NCBI GenBank assembly: GCA_964534955.1
Contig: CAZHRR010000002.1
Span: 11,069-75,068, forward strand
Length of the DNA stretch: 64,000 nt
Reading direction: 5' to 3'
From: an uncultured bacterium
Lineage (GTDB): Bacteria; Fidelibacterota; Marinisomatia; Marinisomatales; UBA2128
The notes below the pieces were generated by a model. That model saw only the letters and a program-made list of their open reading frames with translations. It made no database searches and was not told where the DNA came from. Made by a program: the position numbers and the translations under genes. This document shows positions 29,401-37,700 of the stretch, piece by piece; the stretch's first letter is position 1; every line of letters begins with the position of its first letter.

Positions 29401-29689
29401 AAAAAATCGAGGAACGATGAACACGCTGAAGGATCTTTATGATGCAGTTATGGAAGGGGCAGTAGACAGGGTGAGACCCAAGATGATGACAGTGACGGCA
29501 ATAATGGCAGGACTTTTGCCTATCCTCTGGGGACATGGTACCGGTTCTCAAGTGATGAAACGTATCGCAGCGCCAATGGTGGGAGGGATGGTGACATCTA
29601 CGCTCCTTACCTTGCTGGTCATCCCTACCATCTATTTCCTGTGGAAATCTGTGGAGGTAAAAAAGCGATTAGAAGGAGGAGAAGAATGA
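26483..29689 (+). CDS. cusA: CusA/CzcA-family heavy-metal efflux RND pump
   Basis: About 1068 aa from the ATG at 26483 (MIEKIIEWSINNRF, typical HME-RND N-terminus), with a 12-TM RND architecture. The RBS caggag lies upstream. Confidence 0.95.
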   Translation: MIEKIIEWSINNRFIVILAVVFVILGGFMAMTTTPLDAIPDLSDVQVIILTKYPGQAPQVVEDQVTYPLTTAMLSVPYAKVVRGYSFFGLSFVYIIFEDGTDMYWARSRVLEYLNFVSGRLPQGVTPQLGPDATGVGWVYEYTVESDQHDLQQLRSIQDWYLRYQLMSVPGVSEVASIGGYVKQYQVEVDPNKLLAYNLSLNKVKMAIKRSNNDVGGKLIEMAETEFMVRGLGYIKSIDDLKKVPLGVDKNGTPILLRSVANIHLGPELRRGLAERDGLGEVVGGVIVMRYGENALEVIKNVREKIDDLKTGLPEGVKILSAYDRSLLIERAIDNLKEKLLEESVVVALVCIIFLLHFRSAFVAIFTLPVGILMSFLVMRYQGINANIMSLGGIAIAIGAMVDAAIVMIENAHKHIERRRGEEDHWQLILDASKEVGPALFYSLLIITFSFLPVFSLQAQEGRLFSPLAFTKTYAMGASALLAITIVPVLMGYLIKGKILPEQRNPINRFLIYVYRPMIRFVLRFRKTTLSMALLALVVTIIPLKNIGSEFMPPLNEGDLLYMPTTDPGISITKARELLQQTDKIIKTFPEVERVFGKIGRAETATDPAPLSMIETTITLKQIDKWPKRKTASRWYSGWMPDWLAAPFRWIWPEQRPVTMEELVNELNAAIQFPGLTNAWTMPIKTRIDMLSTGIKTPVGIKLMGSNLDTLNVLGARVQAIVQKLPGTLSAFADKVTGGNFLDFEINREEAARYGLTIGDVQDIIQSAVGGMNISYTVEGLERYPINLRYSRELRDSISKLKRVIIPTPTGAQIPISQVADIFVRKGAPVIKSENARNTGWIYVDITGIDVGTYVKRAQKVLKEELKLPEGYSIVWSGQYEYMERAAKRLRIVVPVTLVIIFLLLFFNFKNVTESVIVMLSLPFSLVGGLWFMYLLGYNMSVAVGVGFIALAGVAAETGVVMLIYLDHAFAARKNRGTMNTLKDLYDAVMEGAVDRVRPKMMTVTAIMAGLLPILWGHGTGSQVMKRIAAPMVGGMVTSTLLTLLVIPTIYFLWKSVEVKKRLEGGEE

Positions 29690-30048
29690 AAGAGATTAAG
29701 GCCTACATCCGATGCTCAGCCGTTGAGAGAGTTATCCAAGCTCTTCATAAAATCGGTGCTGAGAATCTGACGGTTATTGATGTCATGGCTTTAGGTAAAA
29801 CGATGATAGATCCGGATCACTACAAATACTCAATTGAGTGTGTTGAGAAGTACTCTGATGTAGCCAAGATCGAAATCATTTGTGCTGACGAAGATGCCGA
29901 TAGAATTGTAGAGGTTATGCGATCTGAAGCGTACTCCGGAGAGAGAGGAGATGGTGTTATTTTCATATCGGAGGTAAGCCGTGCTGTAAAGATACGGACA
30001 GGTGAATCGGGAGAGCAGATTCTACAACCTGAAATGGCACGAAGTTAG
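29686..30048 (+). CDS. PII (GlnB)-like signalling protein
   Basis: MKEIKAYIR...GDGVIFISEVSRAVKIRTGESGEQIL aligns with the PII core. The T-loop region is divergent. The ATG overlaps the cusA stop (ATGA). Confidence 0.75.
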   Translation: MKEIKAYIRCSAVERVIQALHKIGAENLTVIDVMALGKTMIDPDHYKYSIECVEKYSDVAKIEIICADEDADRIVEVMRSEAYSGERGDGVIFISEVSRAVKIRTGESGEQILQPEMARS

Positions 30049-30162
30049 TCATTCTATGAAGAAGGTGACACTTTGCTTTCAAGAACATAAGCATGGCATC
30101 AGTGATGCCGGGCGAAGCCTAATAAGAATCGTCGTGACTGGTCGATAGAAAAGGAGTTGAAA

Positions 30163-32163
30163 ATGGTACAGATTTCGGATAGCCTTATACTTTTCTCATT
30201 CATTCTTGCTGGTTATGCGACTTGGGCCGCCTTCATGAGCGGCCAGTGGCGCAGAGAGAAATTGCTGGCCAGTGCTGAGCGCAGTGCTCTTGCCTTGTTT
30301 GCGCTGTCAACTTTGTTGATTGTGGTGCTATTGTCTGCTTTTGTGACTCGTGATTTCTCACTGAAATACGTTGCATCTTATTCCAGCCGAACTCTGCCAA
30401 TGTTTTACACCATCTCCGCCCTATGGGCTGGGCAGGCAGGATCGCTCTTGCTGTGGACTTGGCTTCTCTGTCTGTTTTCGGCGATAATTGTCTGGCAGAA
30501 TCGTCAGAAAAACCGGGACCTGATGCCGTATGTTCTCGGTACCCTCCTTTTCACTGCTTTCTTTTTCTTTGGACTGATGGTGTACGCTACAAGTCCGTTT
30601 GAGCTCCTGCCGCAGTCAGTGGCCGATGGGAACGGTCTCAATCCCATGCTGCAAAACTCTGGTATGGTCATTCATCCGCCAACACTTTTTCTGGGTTACG
30701 TCGGTTTTACCGTCCCCTTCGCCTTCGCAATTGCTGCATTGATCAGCAAAAGGCTTGACGCACAATGGATTCGCACAACCCGTCGGTGGACACTGTTTTC
30801 TTGGCTCTTTCTTACAATAGGTATCTTGTTTGGTGCAAAGTGGGCTTATGTTGAATTGGGGTGGGGCGGTTATTGGGCATGGGATCCAGTAGAGAACGCT
30901 TCGCTGATGCCGTGGTTAACTGGTACGGCGTTCCTGCATTCGGTGATAATTCAAGAAAAGCGTGGCATGCTGAAAGTATGGAATCTTGTGCTCATTGTTA
31001 TCACATTTAGCCTTACCATATTCGGAACATTTATCACCCGCAGCGGGATCATCGGTTCGGTTCATTCATTCGGAGTTTCAAATCTCGGCCCTCTGTTTTT
31101 GATTTTCCTCAGTGTGATCCTGGTTATCTCGCTGGGTCTTTTGTGGCTGCGTCGGCCAAATCTACAAAGCGACAATCATCTGGATGCATTCCTTTCCCGC
31201 GAGTCCAGCTTTCTCTTCAATAATCTGATCCTTGTAGGCATTGCCTTCGCTGTTTTCTGGGGCACGATCTTTCCGTTCATTTCCGAAGCTGTACGCAGTA
31301 CAAAAATTACTGTTGGTCCGCCATACTACAATCAGGTGAACTTGCCGTTAGGTCTGGCGCTCTTGGCACTCACCGGTATTTGTCCCCTGATAGCTTGGCG
31401 AAAAGTGTCGAAACGTAACCTGCGCCGCAGCTTTGTGATTCCTTTGTCTGGCTTTCTACTTACTGGGGTTGTCCTTCTCCTGTTTGGTCTGCGTTCCTTC
31501 TATTCAATTATGTCATTTGCGCTTTCGGTATTCGTACTGACAACAATTGGTTTGGAATTCTATCGTGGAGGTAAGGCTCGTGCCCGAATAAAAGATGTGA
31601 ACTTAGTTCAGGGCATGTGGGATTTGACTGTACGGAACAAACAGCGATATGGCGGCTATATCGTCCACCTTGGTGTGGTCATGATTTTTGTCGGCATCAC
31701 TGGCTCCAGTGCTTTTCAGCAGGAACAGACAGCTGTACTGGATCAGGGAGAGTCGATAAAAATTGCCGATTTTTCCCTGCAATATCAAGGTCTTGTGGAC
31801 CAATCCACAGAACACGCGCAAATCGTTGCCGCTAAGCTGCATGTAGATAAAGCCGGAGAGACGGTAGACACTATGTTTCCAGCAAAACAAATACATCGCA
31901 ACCAAGAGCCGGTCTCAGAAGTGGATATCCGGCAGACATTGAAAGAGGACCTTTACCTTATTCTCGCCGGATGGGATGACCAACAACGGGCTACGGTAAA
32001 GGCTCTTGTTGTTCCTCTTGTTGCATGGATTTGGATAGGTGGAACCGTCATGATTGTCGGTACACTCATAGCTGTCGGACCTGACAGGGTGAACCGTAAG
32101 AGAAGATCTTTCCACGCTCGAAGTGTAAGACGCCAAGAAGTGGAGGAGATACAATATGCTTAA
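30163..32163 (+). CDS. ccmF: Cytochrome c maturation heme lyase subunit CcmF
   Basis: WGGYWAWDPVENASLMPWL (WWD motif) in a polytopic protein of ~666 aa. The ATG at 30163 lies 6 nt after aaggag. Confidence 0.9.
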   Translation: MVQISDSLILFSFILAGYATWAAFMSGQWRREKLLASAERSALALFALSTLLIVVLLSAFVTRDFSLKYVASYSSRTLPMFYTISALWAGQAGSLLLWTWLLCLFSAIIVWQNRQKNRDLMPYVLGTLLFTAFFFFGLMVYATSPFELLPQSVADGNGLNPMLQNSGMVIHPPTLFLGYVGFTVPFAFAIAALISKRLDAQWIRTTRRWTLFSWLFLTIGILFGAKWAYVELGWGGYWAWDPVENASLMPWLTGTAFLHSVIIQEKRGMLKVWNLVLIVITFSLTIFGTFITRSGIIGSVHSFGVSNLGPLFLIFLSVILVISLGLLWLRRPNLQSDNHLDAFLSRESSFLFNNLILVGIAFAVFWGTIFPFISEAVRSTKITVGPPYYNQVNLPLGLALLALTGICPLIAWRKVSKRNLRRSFVIPLSGFLLTGVVLLLFGLRSFYSIMSFALSVFVLTTIGLEFYRGGKARARIKDVNLVQGMWDLTVRNKQRYGGYIVHLGVVMIFVGITGSSAFQQEQTAVLDQGESIKIADFSLQYQGLVDQSTEHAQIVAAKLHVDKAGETVDTMFPAKQIHRNQEPVSEVDIRQTLKEDLYLILAGWDDQQRATVKALVVPLVAWIWIGGTVMIVGTLIAVGPDRVNRKRRSFHARSVRRQEVEEIQYA

Positions 32164-32644
32164 TCGAAATTTGCTGCTGAACAAGACCATGATAATACTT
32201 TTGTTGTTTATGACCCCTTTGTTAACAGAGTCAGAAGTTACTCTGGGAGAGATCAAGAAAAGTCTTACCTGTCTGTGCGAATGCAACATGACCGTTGAAG
32301 CCTGTCAAGGGGCGATGGCCTGTGACTCTGCGGAAAATCTAACCCAAGAGGCAAAACGATTGATTGACAGAAATATGGGTCAGAAGGAAGTCTTGGCCAG
32401 TTTTGTCACACGTTATGGTGAGCGCATTCTTGCCGCACCATCGAAAAGAGGATTTAACCTCACAGCATGGATTTTGCCTTTTGCCGCCATTACTGTTACA
32501 GGTTTTGGCATTATCAGCGCCTTGCGAAAGTGGGTACGTTCTCCAGAGGAGGAGAGTGAAAGATCAGGGATAAATGCTGTTGATGCCGCCGACCTTGAGT
32601 ACGAGGAAGAGCTGGAGGAGGTTCTGCGTGATTTTTCCGGTTGA
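32156..32644 (+). CDS. ccmH: CcmH/NrfF-like protein
   Basis: Signal sequence, a Cys motif (LTCLCECNMTVEAC), ...VTRYGERILAAP, a TM segment and an acidic tail. Overlaps the ccmF end by 8 nt. Confidence 0.7.
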   Translation: MLNRNLLLNKTMIILLLFMTPLLTESEVTLGEIKKSLTCLCECNMTVEACQGAMACDSAENLTQEAKRLIDRNMGQKEVLASFVTRYGERILAAPSKRGFNLTAWILPFAAITVTGFGIISALRKWVRSPEEESERSGINAVDAADLEYEEELEEVLRDFSG

Positions 32645-32741
32645 AATTTGTGGTGAGAATCGAGAAGAGAAATGGAACAAACTCTGAGACGCTTTCTACA
32701 AAGGAATTTTTCATTAATCAGCAATTGATGGAGTAAAGCTT

Positions 32742-33182
32742 ATGAACACGGTTGTATTGTTGTCAATCATCCTGGGTAGTGCCTTGTATGTGGCATTGCC
32801 ATTTCTTAGAAAGAAGACTGTTTCGTTAAGTGTCACTGGATCTAAGAATGTTCGCCTTGATGATCTTTACACGTACCGAGACAATCTTGTGTCCTCAATC
32901 AAAGAGCTTGAATTCGACTGCGAAACGGGGAAAATAGGAGGCGAAGATTTTGCAGAAATAAACGCCCGGTATCGTCGTCAAGCCATAGGTGTGCTCAAGG
33001 ACATCCACTCATTAGAGAAGGGCGATGGTTCACCACAGAAGTTTGAGAAGGAATTGTCTGATCTCCGCCTGAAGGGAAAAAGCGGGGGGACGCTTGACTG
33101 TCCTCACTGTGAAGCTCCGGTCATGTCAGAGGACAGCTTTTGCAGTCAGTGTGGTCACCGTCTGCATAATGATGGTTCGTAA
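32742..33182 (+). CDS. CcmI-N-terminal-like protein with a C-terminal zinc ribbon
   Basis: An N-terminal TM segment plus LRKK is followed by LYTYRDNLVSSIKELEFDCETGKIGGEDFAEINARYRRQ, which resembles the CcmI leucine-zipper module. The C-terminus is CPHC..(13)..CSQC. Confidence 0.45.
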   Translation: MNTVVLLSIILGSALYVALPFLRKKTVSLSVTGSKNVRLDDLYTYRDNLVSSIKELEFDCETGKIGGEDFAEINARYRRQAIGVLKDIHSLEKGDGSPQKFEKELSDLRLKGKSGGTLDCPHCEAPVMSEDSFCSQCGHRLHNDGS

Positions 33183-33254
33183 GGTTGGGAAATGTTACGT
33201 GAGGAAAGAGAGTGAAGTTGGAATGGATGGGTTTTTTTCCCATAGATTCTACAC

Positions 33255-33737
33255 ATGAAAAAAACCGGAACTGAAATGAAGGAAAGCAACTCAGTTGAAT
33301 CTCATGACGGTTATCGCCGTCGGTTGTTCCTTAACTATCTTCTCACTGGGGGTATCTTAAGTTTTACTGCGTCAATTATCTACCCAATTTTTCGTTTTTT
33401 AATTCCGCCTGAAAATGCAGAACCAGTTCCCACAAGCGTTGTTGCTGGAACTGCCAACGAATTAAAACCAAATAGTAGTAAAATTATCCGGTTCGGAAGA
33501 AAACCGGCTATCTTGATTCGTACAAAGAAAGGGGAATACAGAGCGTTTACTGCTGTCTGTACGCACCTTGATTGTACCGTACAATATCGTGAGGATTTTC
33601 TGCATATTTGGTGTGCCTGTCATAACGGACATTATGATTTGAAAGGCATAAACATTGCTGGACCACCTCCTCGTCCATTAGAATGGTTCAAGGTAGACAT
33701 TAATGAGGGTAAAGTCTTTGTATCAAAGATAACCTGA
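33255..33737 (+). CDS. Rieske 2Fe-2S protein (membrane-anchored, RR-containing N-terminus)
   Basis: CTHLDC and CACHNGH cluster boxes, a YRRRLF twin-arginine-like motif and a TM anchor. Confidence 0.85.
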   Translation: MKKTGTEMKESNSVESHDGYRRRLFLNYLLTGGILSFTASIIYPIFRFLIPPENAEPVPTSVVAGTANELKPNSSKIIRFGRKPAILIRTKKGEYRAFTAVCTHLDCTVQYREDFLHIWCACHNGHYDLKGINIAGPPPRPLEWFKVDINEGKVFVSKIT

Positions 33738-33811
33738 AAACTTTCACGGGATTATTAGAGAACATGAGAAAGTCGAAATCAAAATAGTGAATAAATAATG
33801 AGAAAGATTAA

Positions 33812-33898
33812 CTAAAAGATCCAGTGTGTGGAATGACAGTATCTGTGGGTTCTGCGGCGGGATTTGAGACATCAGTTATTGATAAATGGAGGAAATGA
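33812..33898 (+). pseudogene. Start-less relic of a TRASH/YHS-domain coding sequence (copA 5'-like)
   Basis: Reads [19 protein letters not shown]... directly after a TAA. It closely matches copA codons at 37707-37721 (AAAGATCCAGTGTGT is identical) and at 37923-37967 ([15 protein letters not shown]). Confidence 0.5.
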
Positions 33899-34314
33899 TG
33901 AATAATAAAAAACCGAATACAGCAATTACAATTACATTGGGTCTGTTCATCCTTGGAGTTGTTTTACATGCTCAAGGAACAGCGGAGAATCCACAGCCCA
34001 AGAATCTTGGCCAGCAGCCAATTGTACGTGTGGCAGCTGATCATGTCTGTATGGGTATGGGCGTCAATCGCGTTTTTGACAAAGAACTCTTACCCGCAGT
34101 TGTTGAGGGCAAGACCTATTACGGATGTTGTGAGGGATGTCAGGCTACACTCCAGAAGGATCCCAAAAGCAGGATTGCAGTCGATCCCGTTACCGGAAAT
34201 GTTGTGGACAAAGCGACGGCTGTCATTGGTGCGCTCCCCAATGGAGTGGTGCACTATTTCGAGAATGAACAAACGATGAAACAATTTGCTCAACATATAC
34301 AATTGCAGGAATGA
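33886..34314 (+). CDS. Secreted YHS/TRASH-like protein
   Basis: Signal/TM segment, then DHVCMGMGV...GKTYYGCCEGCQATLQKDP and a degenerate second repeat (VDPVTGNVV...VVHYFENEQTMKQF). Confidence 0.45.
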   Translation: MEEMMNNKKPNTAITITLGLFILGVVLHAQGTAENPQPKNLGQQPIVRVAADHVCMGMGVNRVFDKELLPAVVEGKTYYGCCEGCQATLQKDPKSRIAVDPVTGNVVDKATAVIGALPNGVVHYFENEQTMKQFAQHIQLQE

Positions 34315-34524
34315 AATGATGAGGTCATTAAATCTTGTTGCTTCAGAGCTGTCTGAAAGGGATTTAGACTTATTCTCTCGACTGAAATTTGGTATGATAG
34401 TTCCGGATTTAGGCGAAGTTGATTATGAAGAATAAAGGATCGATTCCATGAGAAGAAGAGGTGAAACCTGGCAAACTGTTAGTCCACGGAGCAACTTGCG
34501 CCGCTTTAAAGAGGAGGGGAAAAC

Positions 34525-35061
34525 ATGTTTGAAGGATTGAATGCATTAGAAGGAATACATCCGCTTGTTGTGCATTTTCCCATCGTGTTGACCTTGTTGG
34601 CTCTGTTGAGCCAGGTATGGGAGCAACTGAGAGGTCTCCCTGACGGCTTGAAAAAAGCCCCAGTGCTGCTGCTATACCTGTCGGCTGTAAGCGCTCTTGT
34701 CAGTGTGGCAACTGGATACTGGACGACTGAGTTACTTGGGCATGAAACGCCGGGTCATGAGTTTGTCCATACTCACAGGGATGTGATGGTCTGGTACACA
34801 TCAATCCTTGTCCTCGGGACATTGGTACATCTTATCGTCAAGAAGTGTCAGACTGGGATATACCGGCTATTCTTGCTGATTGTCACAACTGGAATCATGG
34901 TCGTGGGGACAGACCTGGGCGGTCAATTGGTCTATCGGTATGGAGTAGGCGTGAAAAGTGGGATTTCATCAAGTGAGAATAGTGAAGACCAGGGGGAAGC
35001 CGAGGGGCAGGAAAAGCAGGAAACTCACATACACCCCAACGGTTCCGAGCACGTCCATTGA
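34525..35061 (+). CDS. DUF2231-like membrane protein with a His/Glu-rich tail
   Basis: HPLVVHFPIVL motif, 4-5 TM segments and a C-terminal tail (SSENSEDQGEAEGQEKQETHIHPNGSEHVH). Confidence 0.6.
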   Translation: MFEGLNALEGIHPLVVHFPIVLTLLALLSQVWEQLRGLPDGLKKAPVLLLYLSAVSALVSVATGYWTTELLGHETPGHEFVHTHRDVMVWYTSILVLGTLVHLIVKKCQTGIYRLFLLIVTTGIMVVGTDLGGQLVYRYGVGVKSGISSSENSEDQGEAEGQEKQETHIHPNGSEHVH

Positions 35062-35074
35062 TGATGGGCAGGAA

Positions 35075-37321
35075 ATGAAGAGGATAGACAATAAGAGGTC
35101 ACACAGGTTCTTCTACAGGACAGTTCACCCGTTTGCTCCCCGGTCATTTCAGATCATCACTGTCTTGTCTCTTATTGTAAGCCTCGGATTTGGACAGGAG
35201 GGCTTCCCATCAGGATCTATCGTGGGCACTGTTAATAGCAGCGAAGGCCCATTGACTGGAGTGCAAGTCTGGCTGGAAGGCACCGAGGAGGGTGATATCA
35301 CCGATTCACTGGGAATGTATCGGTTGGAGGTTCTATCTCCCGGAGACTATCAAATTGTCTTCCGACATATCGGATACAAAGAGGTAACAAGAAAAATCAT
35401 AGTAGTAGAAGCGAGGGAAGAGCAGATTATTAATATCGAGTTGAACCAAGTAGCGGTTGAAATGGATGCGATCTTAGTGACGCCCAAAGAGGAGGGGTTC
35501 GACCCTTCTGGTATCACGGCTCGATTGACAACCCGTATGATTCAGGAAGCTCCAGGGGCCGCGCAGGACATCTTTCTGGTGCTGCAGACGCTTCCCGGGG
35601 TCTCTTCGGGTGGGGACGATTCGAAGCTATTTGTAAGAGGCGGGAGGCCTGAAGAGAACCTCATAGTCTACGATGGCGCCACAATTCCAAACCCGTTCCA
35701 TTTTGATTTTATCGGTGGCGGGTTTTACTCAATTTTCAATTCTGCTCTTGTTGAGAATGTAGAGTTCTATTCAGGATGGTTTCCTGCTCGATACGGAGAT
35801 CGTCTTTCGTCAGTAATGATAATCGAGAACCGGGAGGCAAATCGTGAAAGAACAAGAGCCGAGATTTCCTTGAGCATGTCTGATTTGTCTGGAATGGTCG
35901 AAGCGCCCATTTCAAGCACAGCTGCTACTATCCTGAGCGTTCGCCGCAGCTATTTTGATCTTCTTCTCAATGAATCAGGATTTGGTGGTAAATACGATCT
36001 CCTGCCCTTTTTCTATGATGTGAATTCCCGGACTGATGTTTTTCTCGCGGATAGACATCGACTGTCAATAAATCTTCTATACTCGCGTGAAGAGATGTCT
36101 GGCGAGTTTGACGAGCCTCACTGGGAAGGAATGCATAACTGGTCAAGTGAAAGCTGGACTGCGGCGATGAGACTGCGATCACTTTTTTCAGAGAACTTTG
36201 CATCTGATCTAAACATCTATTGGAGCGAAGGAAGCAACAGAGCCAGCCACGCTGATGACATAGGTACTGAGAATACCAGGAAAGGGGAGGTGGCGATTAA
36301 AGAGGATATCGCTATTCGTAGAGGTGTTCACGAGTTTCATCTCGGTATGTGGCTGGTGCAGGATCGAGGTGAAATGAGAATCAACTTGCCTTTGGATCTG
36401 GCCTACAATTTTGAGCCGCTTGCCTTTGAATCAAACGGCAATACCACTAAACTTGCACTCTATACGGACGATACATGGAGAGTTAACGACAAGATTTCAT
36501 TGAACCTGGGCGTTAGGGGAGACCATATTATTATCAGTTCAGAAACCACCCTGTCACCTAGGCTGAATCTGGTTGTCACTCCGACAGAGACTGTCCAGCT
36601 TTCAGCCAACTATGGTTTGTATACACAGAGCCCTCCAGCATATGAACTAAAGAAAAACATCCAGCTTCGATCAAGGCAATCGCGTGCATGGGGAATAGGT
36701 ATTTCTGGGACTTTCTCATCAGGCGATTTCTGGAGTCTTGAAGGCTATCGGAAACAGCTTTCCAACTTGATGACAATCGATTCCGTGGGGAACTTCGCCA
36801 GTGAAGGAGAAGGTAGTGCAACCGGTTATGAACTTTACGTTCAGAGAAAGAGCGGAGATAGTTTCATCGGCTGGGGCTCCGTGACCTACTCTATTGCCAA
36901 AAGAAAGGAGCAGACGGCCGAGGAGGTGACACTATTTGACTATGATCAAACCTATATGGTTACAGCTGTAGGACAGTATCGCCCGTCAAAGAAGTGGAAA
37001 CTGAGTCTGCGGTTCCGCTACGCAACCGGAAGACCCTACACTCCCGCAGAAGGGAGCTGGTACAACACTGAAGCTCAAAGATTTTTTCCAGTTGTTGGAG
37101 AAAGAAACTCTTCACGATATCCCCCCTATCATCGGCTTGACATCCGTGTGGCACGATACTTTCCGCAGATACTCGGGGGACTAACTGTCTATTTGGAGAC
37201 AATCAATACGTATGATCGGGACAACGTTGCCTACTATGTCTGGAGTGAGGATTTCTCCAGCAAGAGGAACTTCACTGTGTTTCCTTTCATTCCCGTGATA
37301 GGCATAGATTTGATGTTATAG
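35075..37321 (+). CDS. TonB-dependent receptor with an N-terminal CarboxypepD_reg-like domain
   Basis: GSIVGTVNS..GVQVWLEG...GMYRLEVLSPGDYQIVFRHIGY, then a plug and a long beta-barrel. I chose the ATG at 35075 so the gene does not overlap the previous one. Confidence 0.75.
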   Translation: MKRIDNKRSHRFFYRTVHPFAPRSFQIITVLSLIVSLGFGQEGFPSGSIVGTVNSSEGPLTGVQVWLEGTEEGDITDSLGMYRLEVLSPGDYQIVFRHIGYKEVTRKIIVVEAREEQIINIELNQVAVEMDAILVTPKEEGFDPSGITARLTTRMIQEAPGAAQDIFLVLQTLPGVSSGGDDSKLFVRGGRPEENLIVYDGATIPNPFHFDFIGGGFYSIFNSALVENVEFYSGWFPARYGDRLSSVMIIENREANRERTRAEISLSMSDLSGMVEAPISSTAATILSVRRSYFDLLLNESGFGGKYDLLPFFYDVNSRTDVFLADRHRLSINLLYSREEMSGEFDEPHWEGMHNWSSESWTAAMRLRSLFSENFASDLNIYWSEGSNRASHADDIGTENTRKGEVAIKEDIAIRRGVHEFHLGMWLVQDRGEMRINLPLDLAYNFEPLAFESNGNTTKLALYTDDTWRVNDKISLNLGVRGDHIIISSETTLSPRLNLVVTPTETVQLSANYGLYTQSPPAYELKKNIQLRSRQSRAWGIGISGTFSSGDFWSLEGYRKQLSNLMTIDSVGNFASEGEGSATGYELYVQRKSGDSFIGWGSVTYSIAKRKEQTAEEVTLFDYDQTYMVTAVGQYRPSKKWKLSLRFRYATGRPYTPAEGSWYNTEAQRFFPVVGERNSSRYPPYHRLDIRVARYFPQILGGLTVYLETINTYDRDNVAYYVWSEDFSSKRNFTVFPFIPVIGIDLML

Positions 37322-37626
37322 AAGGCTTTGAAAAACCTACTGCACAAATTAAAAAAGAGTAAAATTCGCCTGTCCACAGGGCACACACAGTGTCCTCCGT
37401 ACAGCCTCCTTCGTAGATCCTGCGGACTTTTCGTTGGAAAACTCGTCCATAGCGTTGCTATTGACTGCATTTTCCCGCCTGAATGGCCCGTCCGAACGGC
37501 AGGGCCGGGCGGGCATTGTCGGGCAGGCCGTCTTAATCAGACCTGTCTGCGTTCCACTCCGAACAGGCAGGCAAATTTTTCTTCTTTTTTCTTCACACAT
37601 AAGATTTTGCAAAGCCTTCTTATAGA
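37316..37626. mobile_element. MITE-like element bounded by inverted repeats
   Basis: AGAAGGCTTTG (37320-37330) pairs perfectly with CAAAGCCTTCT (37610-37620), and flanking TTAT/TATA bases pair partially. The interior carries CCCGTCCGAACGGC, GTCGGGCAGGC and CGAACAGGCAGGC. The left end overlaps the receptor stop codon. Confidence 0.4.
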
Positions 37627-37700
37627 AATGGAAATACATATTTGAATCGGTAGTCACAATGTCATGAACGAATCAAACTAACGAACAGTAGGAGCTAATC

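Noticed and set aside
30094-30108. Sigma-54-like string TGGCATCAGTGATGC upstream of ccmF.
   Set aside because: The GG-N10-GC spacing fits. However, the -12 box is ATGC rather than TTGC, and the sequence is itself a perfect hairpin (GGCATC-AGT-GATGCC) just after the PII-like gene. It is more simply a stem-loop.
34316-34435. 39-aa ORF (MMRSLNLVASELSERDLDLFSRLKFGMIVPDLGEVDYEE) starting 2 nt after the YHS-like gene stop.
   Set aside because: It is too short and has no features to support it from sequence alone. It would need ribosome profiling or conservation data.
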